Part shown: piece by piece, positions 1 to 12,180 of the stretch | Layout of the letters: each line of letters opens with the position of its first letter | Position numbering within the stretch: the first letter of the stretch is position 1 | From: Octopus vulgaris | Taxonomy: Eukaryota | Assembly (NCBI GenBank): GCA_951406725.2 | Contig: OX597814.1 | Coordinates: forward strand, 27,218,001 to 27,282,000 | DNA length: 64,000 nucleotides | Direction of reading: 5' to 3' | Program-made: the position numbers and the translations under genes | Notes under the pieces: model-generated | What the model saw: only the letters and a program-made list of their open reading frames with translations | The model's database searches: none | What the model was told of the DNA's origin: nothing

Positions 1-125
1 CCTTTCTGCAGAAGAGCGTAGGCTCGAAACGTAAAAGACTTTTTCTATTCCTGAGCGTTATACTAATACATCTGCTTGTTTTGTACACCACCTGTTTCCG
101 TCTTTTGTTTTTTTTTGTAAACTCT

Positions 126-128
<3 letters not shown>
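1..128 (+). mobile_element. Penelope-like element terminal fragment with hammerhead-like core, abutting (TA)n
   Basis: CTGcAGAaGAGC-gtag-GCTC-GAAACGTA motif at 6-33, then a T-rich tail and a (TA)n tract (~129-164); this layout is typical of PLE pseudo-LTR ends. Family assignment is by pattern only. Confidence 0.45.
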
Positions 129-165
<37 letters not shown>

Positions 166-384
166 CCTTGTATTAAATATATAATATAACAAAGTTGTAA
201 GGAAGAAAATATATACGTAACCCATTACTATTACATGAGGCTGAATGCTCTATATCAAAGGCTCACAGTGAACAGCTACCAACACAAACTGCCAATTGCC
301 CACATTTGTTTTATAGCAGTGAGACAGTCCACTTTTAGTCACCCGGTAGGTGGGAGGGTGGAATCCTTCCACAACACACACATA

Positions 385-543
385 TGATGGGCTTCTTTCA
401 GTTTCCATCTACTAAATCCATTTACAAGGCTTTGGTCGGCCTGAGGGTATAGTATAAGACACTCGCCCAAGATGCCCTGCCGTGGGACTGAACCCAGAAC
501 CATGTGGTTAAGAAGCAAGCTTCTTACCACATAGTCATGCCTA
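385..543 (-). mobile_element. tRNA/CORE-like SINE (family A), 5' half
   Basis: Reverse complement of the family head (gtggtaagaagcttgctt...ggttcagtcccac...cttgggc...gaaactgaaagaagccc) that recurs more than 15 times in the window. Confidence 0.8.
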
Positions 544-1296
544 AATATTTCACAACACTAAATATGCTTATTAAACATAATGTACATGATTTCACATACA
601 CATCAAGCATGGTTATGTAAATGTGGAGTTTGCTTTGCAAACACATGAATTCAAAGTTCTATCTCACTACACGACACCACCTTGGACAACTGTCTTTCTT
701 GTATTAAGAGCCTCAGGTCAACAAATGCCTTGTGAGTGAAAATCGTAGACAAAAACCATATGGAAGCCAATTGTGAATGTGTGTACATGCATGTATGCAT
801 ATGTGCAAGCACAGGTGTGTTTGTATGCACCCACACACATGCACATACTAATGTTAACATTCCAACTGTTATGGGTTTTCCTGCACTTTTGAGGACTAAT
901 GTAATAAAAAGAATCCTCTGCTTGAAGAACAGATAAGAGCCGGTGACAGGACAAGCTATCCTCAAATAAGCTTCAACCAAGCCAACCGATGAAAGCATGG
1001 AAAACAACTGTAAAATGAACAAACGAGTCTATTCAAAACAAATTCCTCGGGACTTTTGTTTGCACACAGACACACTAAGAATATATAAAATAATCTACAT
1101 GGAATGACACATGAAAAGTAAAACAAGGTGGATGGGCGGGGGGTGTAAACATTTTATAGATGCTAGCATTGTCACAAGTTAAAAACAGAATCTATCTTGT
1201 CGAGTTGAAATGAAAGAAAAGAATATTGTTACATCAATGTGCTCTACTTTTGGAATTTTAACTTTTAATGTTTGAATATGTGCAGGTATGGGAGTA

Positions 1297-1689
1297 TACT
1301 CTTTTATTTGTTTCAGTCATTTGACTGCGGCCATGCTGGAGCACCGCCTTTAGTCAAGCAAATCGACCCCGGGACTTATTCTTTGTAAGCCCAGTACTTA
1401 TTTTATCGGTTTCTTTTGCCGAACCGCTAAGTGACAGGGACGTAAACACATCAGCATCGGTTGTCAAGCAATGCTAGGGGGATAAACACAGACACACAAA
1501 CACACACATATATATATATACATATATACAACAGGCTTCTTTCAGTTTCCGTCTACCAAATCCACTCACAAGGCATTGGTCGGCCCAAGGCTATAGCAGA
1601 AGACACTTGCCCAAAATGCCACGCAGTAGGACTGAACCCGGAACCATGTGGTTGGTTAGCAAGCTACTTACCACACAACTCCTGCGCCT
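1297..1689 (-). mobile_element. Full-length family A SINE with internal (CA/TA)n microsatellite
   Basis: Complete head, microsatellite and tail (…gctccagcatggccgcagtcaaatgactgaaacaa…), closely matching the copies at 38106, 53005 and 26167. Confidence 0.88.
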
Positions 1690-1791
1690 ATGGTTAAGAA
1701 GTTTGCTTCCCAACCATGTGGTTTCAGGTTCAGTCCTGTTACATGGGTGCACCTTGGGTGTCTTCTATTATAGTCCCAGGCTGAACAAAAC

Positions 1792-2190
1792 AGCATGGAT
1801 GTGTGGTTAAGAAACTTGCTTCCCATCCACATGGTTCTGGGTTCAGTTCCACTGTGTGGCACCTTGGGCAAGTGTCTTCTACTACAGCCTTGGACTGATC
1901 AGAGTCTGATGAGTGGATTTGGTAGATAGAAACTGAAAGAAGCCCATCATATATTTATATGTGTGTGTCTGTGTGTATGTGTCTTTGTGTGTTTCCCCAC
2001 CATCACTTGACAACTGGTGTTGGTGTGTTTGCATCTTTGTAATGTAGCAGTTTGGCAAAAAAAGATCAATAGAATAAGTACTAGGCTTAACAAAATTAAG
2101 TACCAGGGTAAATTTATTCAACTAAAAATTCTCTAAAGTGGTGCTCCAGCATGGCCACATTCTAATGACTGAAACAAGTATAAATTAAAA
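1792..2190 (+). mobile_element. Full-length family A SINE, inverted relative to 1297-1689
   Basis: Same head and tail motifs on the + strand; a further partial head lies at ~1690-1785. Confidence 0.85.
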
Positions 2191-2689
2191 GATACATCAT
2201 CACTTTATAAGTGGTATCTCTTACTTTCAGTTTTCCATGAGAACATAACCAGCCATGGAGAAATATTACCTTGCTTGAAAACAGGCGAGGGTCGGCAATA
2301 GCAAGAGCATCCAACTGCAGAAAATCTGCCTCAACAAATTCTGTCTGATCCATGCAAGCATGGAAGAGTTTCCCTGCATGATGTGTGTGTGTGTGTTGTA
2401 TGCATGCTTGTGAATTTGTGTCTTGTCACTGCCTTAACATTGTGCGTTGAATAAAAGCAAAGTCACTATCCATACAAACAATGCCCGAGATTAATATAAG
2501 CTTTTGATTTCTTATTGCAATTTATAAGTATTATATGGTAGAAAAACAGGGCCCATACTCCGATACTGGAAAGTATTTGCAAGATAAACAAGATGTTTTA
2601 ATGCCTGAATATGAAGAAACCATTGCAAGTAAGATAGTAAATGTAATTCTAAATAAAACTTAGACTCAAGTCTTTGAACTGGATCTTTT

Positions 2690-3070
2690 TTACCTCCACC
2701 TAAGCAAAGGCAGAGGTGCTGTTTTCAGTCATGTTTGTTTGTCTGTGGACAAGATATCTCAAGAACCACTGGATGGATTTGGATGAAACTGTCAGGGATG
2801 TTTGACCTCGTGACTGACACGAATTGATTAAATTTTGGGATTGATCTGGTACTGGTCAAGGATTCTGGATTATTTTTCTTGTTTTTCTTTTCTTTTTTTT
2901 TTTACTTAATTTTTGAGAGTGGCCAGGTTCATTGTTAGTATTCTCGTTTGTGAGAGCAGTTGAGTTTATTTCAGATATTCTCATTTTAAAAATCATCTCT
3001 AGCTAATCATTGAAAGGAAATTGGTGTTGCGTTGGAGGAGGTCTGTGCTCTATGAGTGCTCTTGTTTTTT
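2690..3070 (+). mobile_element. Helentron-associated (HINE/DINE-like) non-autonomous element
   Basis: Begins in a T-run with ttACCTCCacc, has a gtttgtttgtctgt microsatellite and a 'gatggatttggatgaaact' core, and ends GGAGGTctgtgctctatgagtgc (subterminal inverted repeat plus short hairpin) into a T-run. Confidence 0.55.
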
Positions 3071-3789
3071 TTAATATCTTCTTTCTACAACTTCTGTATC
3101 CAAAACCTAACAGACCACTGACAAAAATCTCTGGCACAACTGTCACTCAACATTGTTATCAACTGACTAATACTGAGTCATGCTTCCTTCAGTGAATTAT
3201 CAACCACAAAATTTATTTATTCTCATTATTATTTGCAGAGTTTACTGTTTAACTTGAGCATTTTCAATAAAGCTGTTTGCATCAAGTATAGCTTGAATGC
3301 TTGATCTATAGGCTGATAACAAAGACAACACTTAGACTTATGTTATCGCAAGTATAATGTTGGTGGGAGTAAATCAGAGTTCAACTCCCACCAAGGTCAA
3401 CTTGGCCTTCATTTTGCAAGAGTTAACAGAATGAAGTACTAATCCAGTACTGATGTTGATGTAATCAACTAACCCCCTTACTTCAAAATTGTTAGCCTTG
3501 TGCCTAAAATACAAGCAGCTCATTCAAAGAAGATGGACAGCACCCATTATCTTTGAAGACTTACTCAAATTTGTGAGATGATGTTTGTCGTTTAGCCTCA
3601 ATTCAGATCTGATTGAGCAAACCTATGATTGAAGGAAATTCACCCATGTCCATCCCATCTTTTTAGGAGTATTTCAGACTATATTGTCCAATATATTCTT
3701 CTTTTGTTTTTCTTTTGAGAATGGTAGAGTGTGAATTGAAGACAAGTTGGATGATAAAGGTGCCATCACTGACATGTGAAATTGATGAA

Positions 3790-4250
3790 GTTAATTTGTC
3801 TGATGTTCTACTTCATAAGGAAAATATGCAGGGGGAAAAATTCCAGATAATGGTAAATCTGGGAAGAAAAGGCAGTGTCAAGTATTTAGTGTAGGTTTTG
3901 GTCAGTGAGACAATATCTAGGTAGAAATAAGAGAAATGGAAGCATAACAAGGCTTTTGATATGAGCATCATGCATTTTGATGATTTAGGTGAACAAAGTA
4001 GTTGCAATACCAGTTGAAGAGAGAAAGAGAAAGAGAAAAAGAAAATCAGAAAATTAGTGTTGATGAAAGTCTGCTAATAATCCAGATGGCATTTGGTGGA
4101 GTGGGGAGAGATGAGTAATGAATGCTCGTAATTAGTGCCAACCCAAATATGCAAGTGCTTGTATTTTTTTTGGAGTATCAGCAATTCTTCAAGGCTAAAG
4201 TATCTGAAGAGGGTACCACTAAAAAAGTGAAAACCTAGCCTTTGAGATAT
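3790..4250 (+). mobile_element. Possible highly decayed Penelope-like (GIY-YIG end plus hammerhead-like) fragment
   Basis: Weak residual peptide resemblance (VSETISR..KWKHNKAF; CLY..SAILQ) followed by CTGAAGAGG…GAAAAC at ~4204-4234. Tentative. Confidence 0.25.
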
Positions 4251-5952
4251 AGTTTTGGTAATGCTATAGGTGTGTGGTTACCATGAAGGGGTATTAGAGA
4301 TAGTAAGATATTTATAGCAAATCTATATGCTCTAGCTGTGTTACTCATGAGTACAGAATATGTATTTAGTGCAACAATACTATTTCCTTTCTTTGTGTAT
4401 TGATTGCCTACTGGTGCTGTTAGGTGTCTAAAAACCATTCACTATTTAGCTGGACTACAACTGATACAGCTAACAGAAACTCTCAAGTTAGCTTCAATCG
4501 TCCCTAACCATATTGTTTTCATTATTCATTATTCCAGTCATCATCATCATCACTGTTTTAACATTCACTTTTCCAAGCTTACATGGCTTGGATGGTATTT
4601 GTTGAGATGGATTTCCAATGGCTAGAGGGCCCTTCCTGTCACCAACGCTCCCCTATTTCCAAATAAGATAAGATTTTCCCATGACCAAGCATGCTTTCTT
4701 GGAAGATTGGAAATGGACACTGCTTGCATGACATTGACACACATTTACAACTACAATACAACATCAAGGCAAGGGGACAATAACATGCATGCATGCACAT
4801 ACACACACACGCCTAGTTTCAGTTTCCTTCTACCAAATCTACTCACAAAGATTTAGTTGGCTCAGGGCCATAGTAGAAGATACATGTCCAAGGTGCCACT
4901 GGGTGGCACCTCGGCCACCCAGTGGGATTGAATCAGGAACCATGTAATTTGGAAGCACACAGCCATGCCGGTGCCATATACATTAACAAAAGTTCTCTGT
5001 TCTAGTTCACCAAGAATAGTTGGTTGATATTGTTTATCACAATAATATCTCAAAGGCTATGTCCCAATGTCACCTATATGGTGGGTAAATATTGATTTAT
5101 GTTCATGTTAATCAAACACAACATATACAGATAAACTTTTTTTTCTTTATTTAAATGAAAAATATGCTTAATGAATATTAGTCATAGAAAAAAGAACACT
5201 GGTCAACTCTTGTATTTTTGTTGATTTTCTATTAAAATCATAACTTTATTTATGACTATTCCTCACATTTTGGTAAACAAACATGTAGTCATGTGATGTG
5301 CTGACATTGAATGTGTGTATGTATATGCTCATTGCATGCATATAATTACTATATTTACTGCTATATGCTACTGGTTACTATGTTGGGAAAAATATCATGT
5401 GACAATAGGCACAAATAAAAATCAACTATCACAATAACATGATTTTTCATGTATTGAAAAGATAGTGCGTGTACGCGCGTGTGTATACATGTGTGTGCGT
5501 ATGTTTCACATACGCAATCATATGTCAAGAAAATTTTCAGGTGACAAATAGCAACAAAAAATCTAACACCATAACATGATTTTTTCATATATGGAAACTA
5601 GTGTTTGTAAAACCAAATTGTATATTTGGCAATGTGATTATGGTTTGAATGGAAAAGCATTTTTGATGTGGAACTGAATGGGATAAAAACTGTTCCATTA
5701 AATTTGTCTATGACACAGTCTTCATAGATATGTTCCCAACAGGAGTATCAAATCTCAAGTCAATTTGAAGTGAAGCCATTATTCTATCAGTTCAATTTGA
5801 AATGCAACATTAAATTTCTATAAGAGCAACCACAATAGCAAAGTAAATAAGCTGAATATTGATTGAAATTTAGGAGTTTAAAATAAACTTTCATTTTCTC
5901 TGGAATCATAAAGATAAATGATGCTGTGATATATTGATTTTTTTTTTAATTA

Positions 5953-6285
5953 GGCATGGCTGTGTGGTAAGAAGTTTGCTTCCCATCCACATGGTTCCAG
6001 GTTCACTATAGTTTCAAGCCAACCAAAACCTTGTGAGTAGATTTGGTAAATGAAAACTGTTTGCGTGTCTGTGTGTGTATGTGTGAACGCTGCTTGACAA
6101 CTAACTGTTGATGTATTTACATCCCCCATGACTTAGCAGTTCAGCAAAATGGACTGATAAAATAAGTACCAAGCTTATAAAAAAAATAAGTACTGGGGTC
6201 AATTCACTTGGGTAAAATCCTTCAAAGCAATGCTCCAGTATGGCCCAGTCCAATGACTGAAGCAAGTAACAGACAAAAGATAATG
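5953..6285 (+). mobile_element. Family A SINE, diverged, with internal deletion
   Basis: ggcatggctgtgtggtaagaagtttgcttccc head and aatgactgaagcaagtaa tail. Confidence 0.75.
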
Positions 6286-7162
6286 ACAAATGGAGAAATA
6301 GTGTGTCGCCACTGAATATCTGACTAGTTACACTTTAGGTCTTAGGTCAGCTGGTTTAAACTGACAAGACTCATTCAACAATTGGTGGCTTTTATACTTC
6401 AGCTGAATACTGTATTTCATCTAATCACAATACAGAGATGAGATTTAGATTAACATTACATAAAGCAAATTCATAGTCATATATCATTTCTTTTCAACAC
6501 ACAGACAACTCTCTAGTCTCAACTTCAGAGATAAAAATAAATCAACGGGTTCGTATTCCTATAACAATATAGCAAAAATCAGGATTGTTACATTATAAAA
6601 GGAACCATATACATGAAATGCACAAGTTAATGTTATAATTTCTGCAAAACAAAGCTTCCCTTCTTAGTTTGTAGTTAGGAATAAAGGGTATAATTGTTCT
6701 GTTTCCCCAAAGCCAATCATGTTAGTTAGTTAGTTAGTTAATTTGGCTCAAAAGCAAATAGCAAGGCCATGTAGGGGGACATGGAGTTAAGTACAGGGTG
6801 GTGTTCATGTAAAGAGTTCAGGCCACTTGAGGTCAAGGGAGGCTTTGAACAAAGCGGTATATGAATATTACAACATATATTTAGTATATGAATGCTGGTA
6901 AAATGGAAGTATAAATTAACTTCAACAGAATGAAACCTTTTAAGGTACACAACTAATAAATAATGCATTATATCCCATGTGCTTCTAGCTCTTATTAATA
7001 TGATAATAAGATGAGAAAAAACAATCTTAAAAAACTATAATGTTGAATTAATGTAAGTCATTTATCAGTACTGTTGTTCAATGTGACATTGAGAACAGTT
7101 TCAACTAAATTGGAGTATTCTCACCAAAAAGCAAGTCCAGGATAAAATGACACTCAACAGTC

Positions 7163-7572
7163 ACCTGCTAGAAATAGCAACCAAATCTCTCTCAAATCAT
7201 AGCCTGTCTTACTAGACAAAAGGAAGAACATGTTGGATATTGAAGCCTGAGATAAAGTATATATGATAAGATGGAATGAACATGGCTTGAAGCCTTTCAT
7301 CAATCGTCTACTCAATCAGAACCCACCTAGGGTTATATAAAGATAAACTTGACAAAATAATGTGGATACCTGCTAGAAATAGCAACCAAATCTCTCTCGA
7401 ATCATAGCCTGTCTTACTAGACAAACGGAAGAACATGTTGGATTTGAAGCCTGAGATAAAGTAGATCTGATAAGATGGAATGAACATGGCTTGAAGCCTT
7501 TCATCAATCGTCTACTCAATCAGAACCCACCTAGGGTTATATAAGGATAAACTTAACAAAATAATGTGGATG
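7163..7572. repeat. Tandem duplication, 2 x ~205 bp
   Basis: Unit acctgctagaaatagcaacc…aaaataatgtggat occurs twice head-to-tail with only a few differences. Confidence 0.92.
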
Positions 7573-7747
7573 ATTCACTGTTCCCTCCACACTACTCTCC
7601 ATCACACCAATAAAGTCCAAGTAAAGCAAAGACTGATACATTTTTGTAGGAGTTGTGTACATACACAAGTCAATAGATCACACTTTTAAACATTTGTCTT
7701 CAAAACTCTGGTTCTGAATTTCAATAACCCCAATATGGCAGACTTAC

Positions 7748-7825
7748 AGCTGTTACACTTTGGTGACATGCTGGAGGTTGTAACAGTGTCCCTCCCACCT
7801 TTTTTTTTTCTTTTTTTTCTTAAGT
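7748..7825 (-). CDS. Candidate 78-nt internal exon (phase 1-1): (D)LRKKRKKKGGRDTVTTSSMSPKCNS
   Basis: Acceptor ttatttttag and donor gtaagt, length divisible by 3, open frame. The Lys run could instead be a chance poly-A tract. Confidence 0.3.
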
Positions 7826-8399
7826 CTAAAAATAAGTGACGGTGTCCATAGCTTTTCCAAGTCCCTCCACACTTGTGAGGGGACAATGTGGCTGATTATA
7901 TCTCACTTTGAACCTTTGCACTTGTATTAAAATCATGGACAGTTTTTGGAAGGAAGAATTATTAGACAATGGATTTTAGCACAATTTTTTTTTTATGAAG
8001 TTGAGATGCAGTAAGGATGATGAGAGAAAAAAAGGAGTGAAATATCAAGATTTGGATAAGGTATTTATACAGTATGTTAAATCGTTTAAGTAGCAATCAA
8101 TGTAGTTGATGTGGAAGAGACAGATAGAGGATAAAATCTCAATCTTCGTCTCTTGAAGATATTTATGATCAGTGACCTGGGGACTGATTCATAGATAAGG
8201 TATGAAAGTAAAAAGCAAGGGATAGAAATAATTCACTAGAATAATATAGAAAGCGCTGAAAATACTGAACTTTAAATAGATGTCAATATCTATAGTGAAA
8301 TTTGTCTTTTACCCTTCAAGGGTCAATATAAAGTATCAGTCAAGTACTGAAGTTGATTTAATCAACTATTTCCCCTTCCCCTAAAACGTAGCATGCAAT

Positions 8400-9584
8400 A
8401 ATATCAGAAATCGATATGTATAACCATGTTATACAAAGTAAGTTCGAATCCCAGGAGTTGGTTTTTGTCTTTCCGCCTTCTATGACTGTTAAAATAAATA
8501 CCAAACAATCTACAGGAGTCGATTCAGTTGACTATACGACCTATCCATACATATGTGTGGCCTTGTGTTAAAGTAGAAAATGAATTTTTGTCGCCATATT
8601 TGACATGGGGAAAGGCATGCATATCACGAAATCTCAAATTTCTATAAATCTGTAAAAAGAAGCCTATTTATAAAAAAAAAAAAAAAATCTGCTGAATTTT
8701 CATAACAAAAATAAAAAGGTTTATCGTCTTAAGTTTTTATTTCCCTTTCTTTTCAAACAAAATAATAATAATTATTATCACATGAAAACAACTAAAGATG
8801 TTTTTTGTTTTTATTTCAGCTGCAATTTCGTTTAAAACTAATTAGACAGATAATAAATAGCATTAATTAGTAGTAACTGAATATATTTTAAAACTATCTC
8901 TCTGTTAAAACCTCGTTACCCACTGGCAATTTCCTAAGTTTGAGTAATGTATAGAAGCAACAGTATTGTGGGTGCTTCGAAATGGACCGATGGTGAATGT
9001 AAATATGTGTGTGTCTGTATCTGTGTCGACATTTGCGCGCACACCCACACACTCCGAGGCAAACACAAGCAAATGAGTGTTAGCATACACACATATATAC
9101 ATACACATAAGCAAGCGATTTATTTTTCCACGACATACACACACACACACGAATGGTAATGAATGCACACATACGTGGGTGGGTGTAAAAGGGTAAAATG
9201 TCGACATTTACATACATATAAAAGCAAGCAATCTGTTTAATTTACGAAGAAAGATGGTTGGTATGCAAAAATGTGTAAGCACACACACACACACGGCTAC
9301 TACTACATCAAAGAGACATCAATCAGGAAAGGAAACATTTTTGCCTTAAAAGTAATTTGCCTTTGTTGTTTGGCAGACATCAGTAGAGCTGAGTCTAGCA
9401 TAAAAAGGCTGGGGGTAGGTAACTAAGCAAATTGAAAACCTGGTACGCACAGACTGCTGTGGTGCCGTCGTCTACCCCCCAACCAGTCTATGCTTGTAGC
9501 TGCCTGGCATACCGAAAGGGGTTTTGAGGGGAGGGCTATGACCAGGGAACACATCTTTAGTAGGAAACATCAGTTCCCAATGGG

Positions 9585-9626
<42 letters not shown>

Positions 9627-11200
9627 AAATAGGGGTGGGGTTTGACATTGAATCGAGAAAGCATCATATACACTCGGCAGTAGTTTGGACAGCTTCAGAG
9701 CTTGTCCTTAGCTGTTCATGTCTGCTGAGTTTCTTTCCATCTACCCAAATAATGTAGGGAAAAAGCTCAGTTATAGATTTTGTTAAATGGATCGTTTTCG
9801 TGATTATTAAAATGAATCATTGTGATAAATATTAAATTATTATCGTTGCGTACGTATAAAGTACCTGCAAACCGAGGCATGGCGAAGGAAAAACCGATAT
9901 AGACAGTAATATGAAAAATTTGCGTTCTATAAGAGTACAAATATAGTCAGCATGCATTAATTAGAAATAAATATCAGAAAACAGAATGGGAAAGGAATAG
10001 ACTGATGCAACATCAAATGTGTGTGTGCGTGTGTGTATATAAGAATACGATAATATATAAATATACATAAATAATGCAATGATGAATATAAATAGATAGC
10101 AATGCAAAGATGAATATAAAAATATAACAATGCAATAATAATAATAATATACAAAACAATACAGTTATATATATAATCCGTGTGTGTGTATATATATATA
10201 TATCTACCTTCGGAGTGAGGCTTATTTTACAAAGGTTGCAAAATAAGGAAAATAAACAGGAGAAAGCAGCAGAAATGAATCTGTAGCAAAGTAGTCTACT
10301 AAATCAGCGGAGATGGTTTTTCGATTGCACATCAGTAGTATGTTCCAAGCGCAGATCCAGTAGTTTTCGGAAAGGGTGTTGGTGGAGCTACAGTTAGGTT
10401 AAATAGAGAAATGGTGGTAGCACTTGTCGGCCGGCTGGCTAGCTGGCTGGTAGGCTGATTTAGGCCCTATAGTACATTTACAAGAGGCAGACAGACAGCT
10501 GGAGTGGCATCAGAAGTGGTAGCAGCAAACAAACCAAAGAAGCCGGCATATCGTAGCGGGGAGCAGTAAGAGTAGGAAATAGAAGCGGCGACCAAGAGTA
10601 TCAAGCCTCGCTAACCTTCATCGCCTTTTGCTGCTGCTGCTACTACTACTATTATTATTACGACGACCTATTATTACGACGACCTACCACTACTACTACT
10701 ACTATGACGTTCTGCCATTACTACCACCACCGCTTTTGCAACTACTACTACGGCGGCGACCAACTACTAGCGCTACTATTACGAGCAAAACGAGGGTGCC
10801 TCGACCTGTTAGAAACAGCAGCTAGATCTGCATCAGATCACTGCATGTCGTTACAAAATAATGGATATGTTGAACACTGTAACCCTATAGAAACTGCCTG
10901 GAAGAGACGAGATGGCTATGGCTATTAAGTCGTTAACCGTAAGTCTTGTCTATCAAGGCTGATACAGGTTTAACTAACAACAACCATTACGACAACAATG
11001 ACCTATCAATGTCACCACCACCACTTCTACCATGACGACGACGACGCTCTATCATGGACCAGACACAACTTAACAACATTCAGACATAATCAAGAAAAAT
11101 ACACGCCTTCACAAGAAAAATAACAATAACACGAACAGCAAACGACAAAAACAGAATATACCGTTGCTATATACCTTCCCAACCTCACAACATTGCAGGT
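8400..11200. promoter_or_regulatory. CpG-retaining, promoter-like region with possible minus-strand first exon (donor ~10207)
   Basis: Unique sequence with visibly many CG dinucleotides against a CpG-poor background, few TEs, a minus-strand gaag|gtagat donor, and a YY1-like AATATGGCG on the minus strand at ~8591-8599. Confidence 0.4.
10628..10785. repeat. Compound trinucleotide repeat (CTG/CTA/TTA/CGA/CCA)n
   Basis: Directly visible. Confidence 0.85.
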
Positions 11201-11659
11201 TAAAAATATACAGTTCATACACAAAAACTAAAAAGTTTATATAAAGTATATAATCTAAAAAAAATTGCAAGGCTCTCTTCTGTTCACCTCCTCAGCCACA
11301 TCACCTTGAGTAAAAGTATACATTACAGAGTGGCAAGGACTCGCTAATCGGTGTCATTGAGCAAGTAGAGAGACATTGGGACAACAGAGTTCCTTAGTTT
11401 CATTAAAGACATGGCAACTTCTCTAGTGTTGGTGCCACAATAAAATGAATAAAGTACACTTATATTAAGTGTTTGGCATTAGGAAAGGAATGCAATCATA
11501 GAAACCAAGTCTCTCCACTTCTCTAACAAATAGAAGTAAAACAAGGTCTTGTGACCAGTCTAGGTGAACAGTAACCCCAAATAAGAACTGACTTGGACTG
11601 TGATGACCAGTCTAATTATCCCAGCATAGAAATCAAGTAATGATGATGATGACATTAAC

Positions 11660-12180
11660 ATCATTAAACACACCTTCATGGAACTAAAAGATTTTATCAT
11701 CACTCACAGTATTCATATAGCAATAATCCAAGGAATATTCTTACTACTAGAACACAATTCCAAATAATGCCAAAATCGAACTAGCAAGATCCTTTTACAG
11801 CAATTATGGTCTAACAACATGTAAAAGTTTGTATTAGATATAAAAATATAACAAATGACATTCATAAACTAACAGTGAATGACTACATTAAAAATGCAAA
11901 CTTTCAAAATAAAAACTAACCAAGCAAAGTGCATTAATAAATATATCTATGCCATTCTTCACCACATCGACCATCTTAGATTACATCTGCCAGCTACAGC
12001 ACTTTAGCATTCTCACAAAAAAAACAAGGACATCATTAGAGGAGACTTCAACGCATTCAACACCTGGTTTTCATATAATACAGCTAGATAACAAGAGAGG
12101 TGATGTAGTATCTCAGCTAGACTTCCTTTACATCCTAAGCAAATTACACCAACACACTGGTACTTCTCATCAATGGCACC
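11660..12180 (+). mobile_element. Decayed LINE ORF2 apurinic endonuclease (APE) domain
   Basis: Broken translation gives ELKDFIITHSIHIAIIQ(E)… and DIIRGDFNAFNTW…RGD…TPT, matching the APE 'IxxxQE' and 'GDFNA' motifs; stops and frameshifts present. Confidence 0.55.

Noticed and set aside
651-1022. 123-aa minus-strand ORF
   Set aside because: Built from decayed SINE and RTE-tail pieces plus (CA/TG) repeats; no coherent exon boundaries.
5396-5605. Two diverged ~70-bp direct repeats around a TG tract
   Set aside because: Old local duplication; no TSD, TIR or coding signal.
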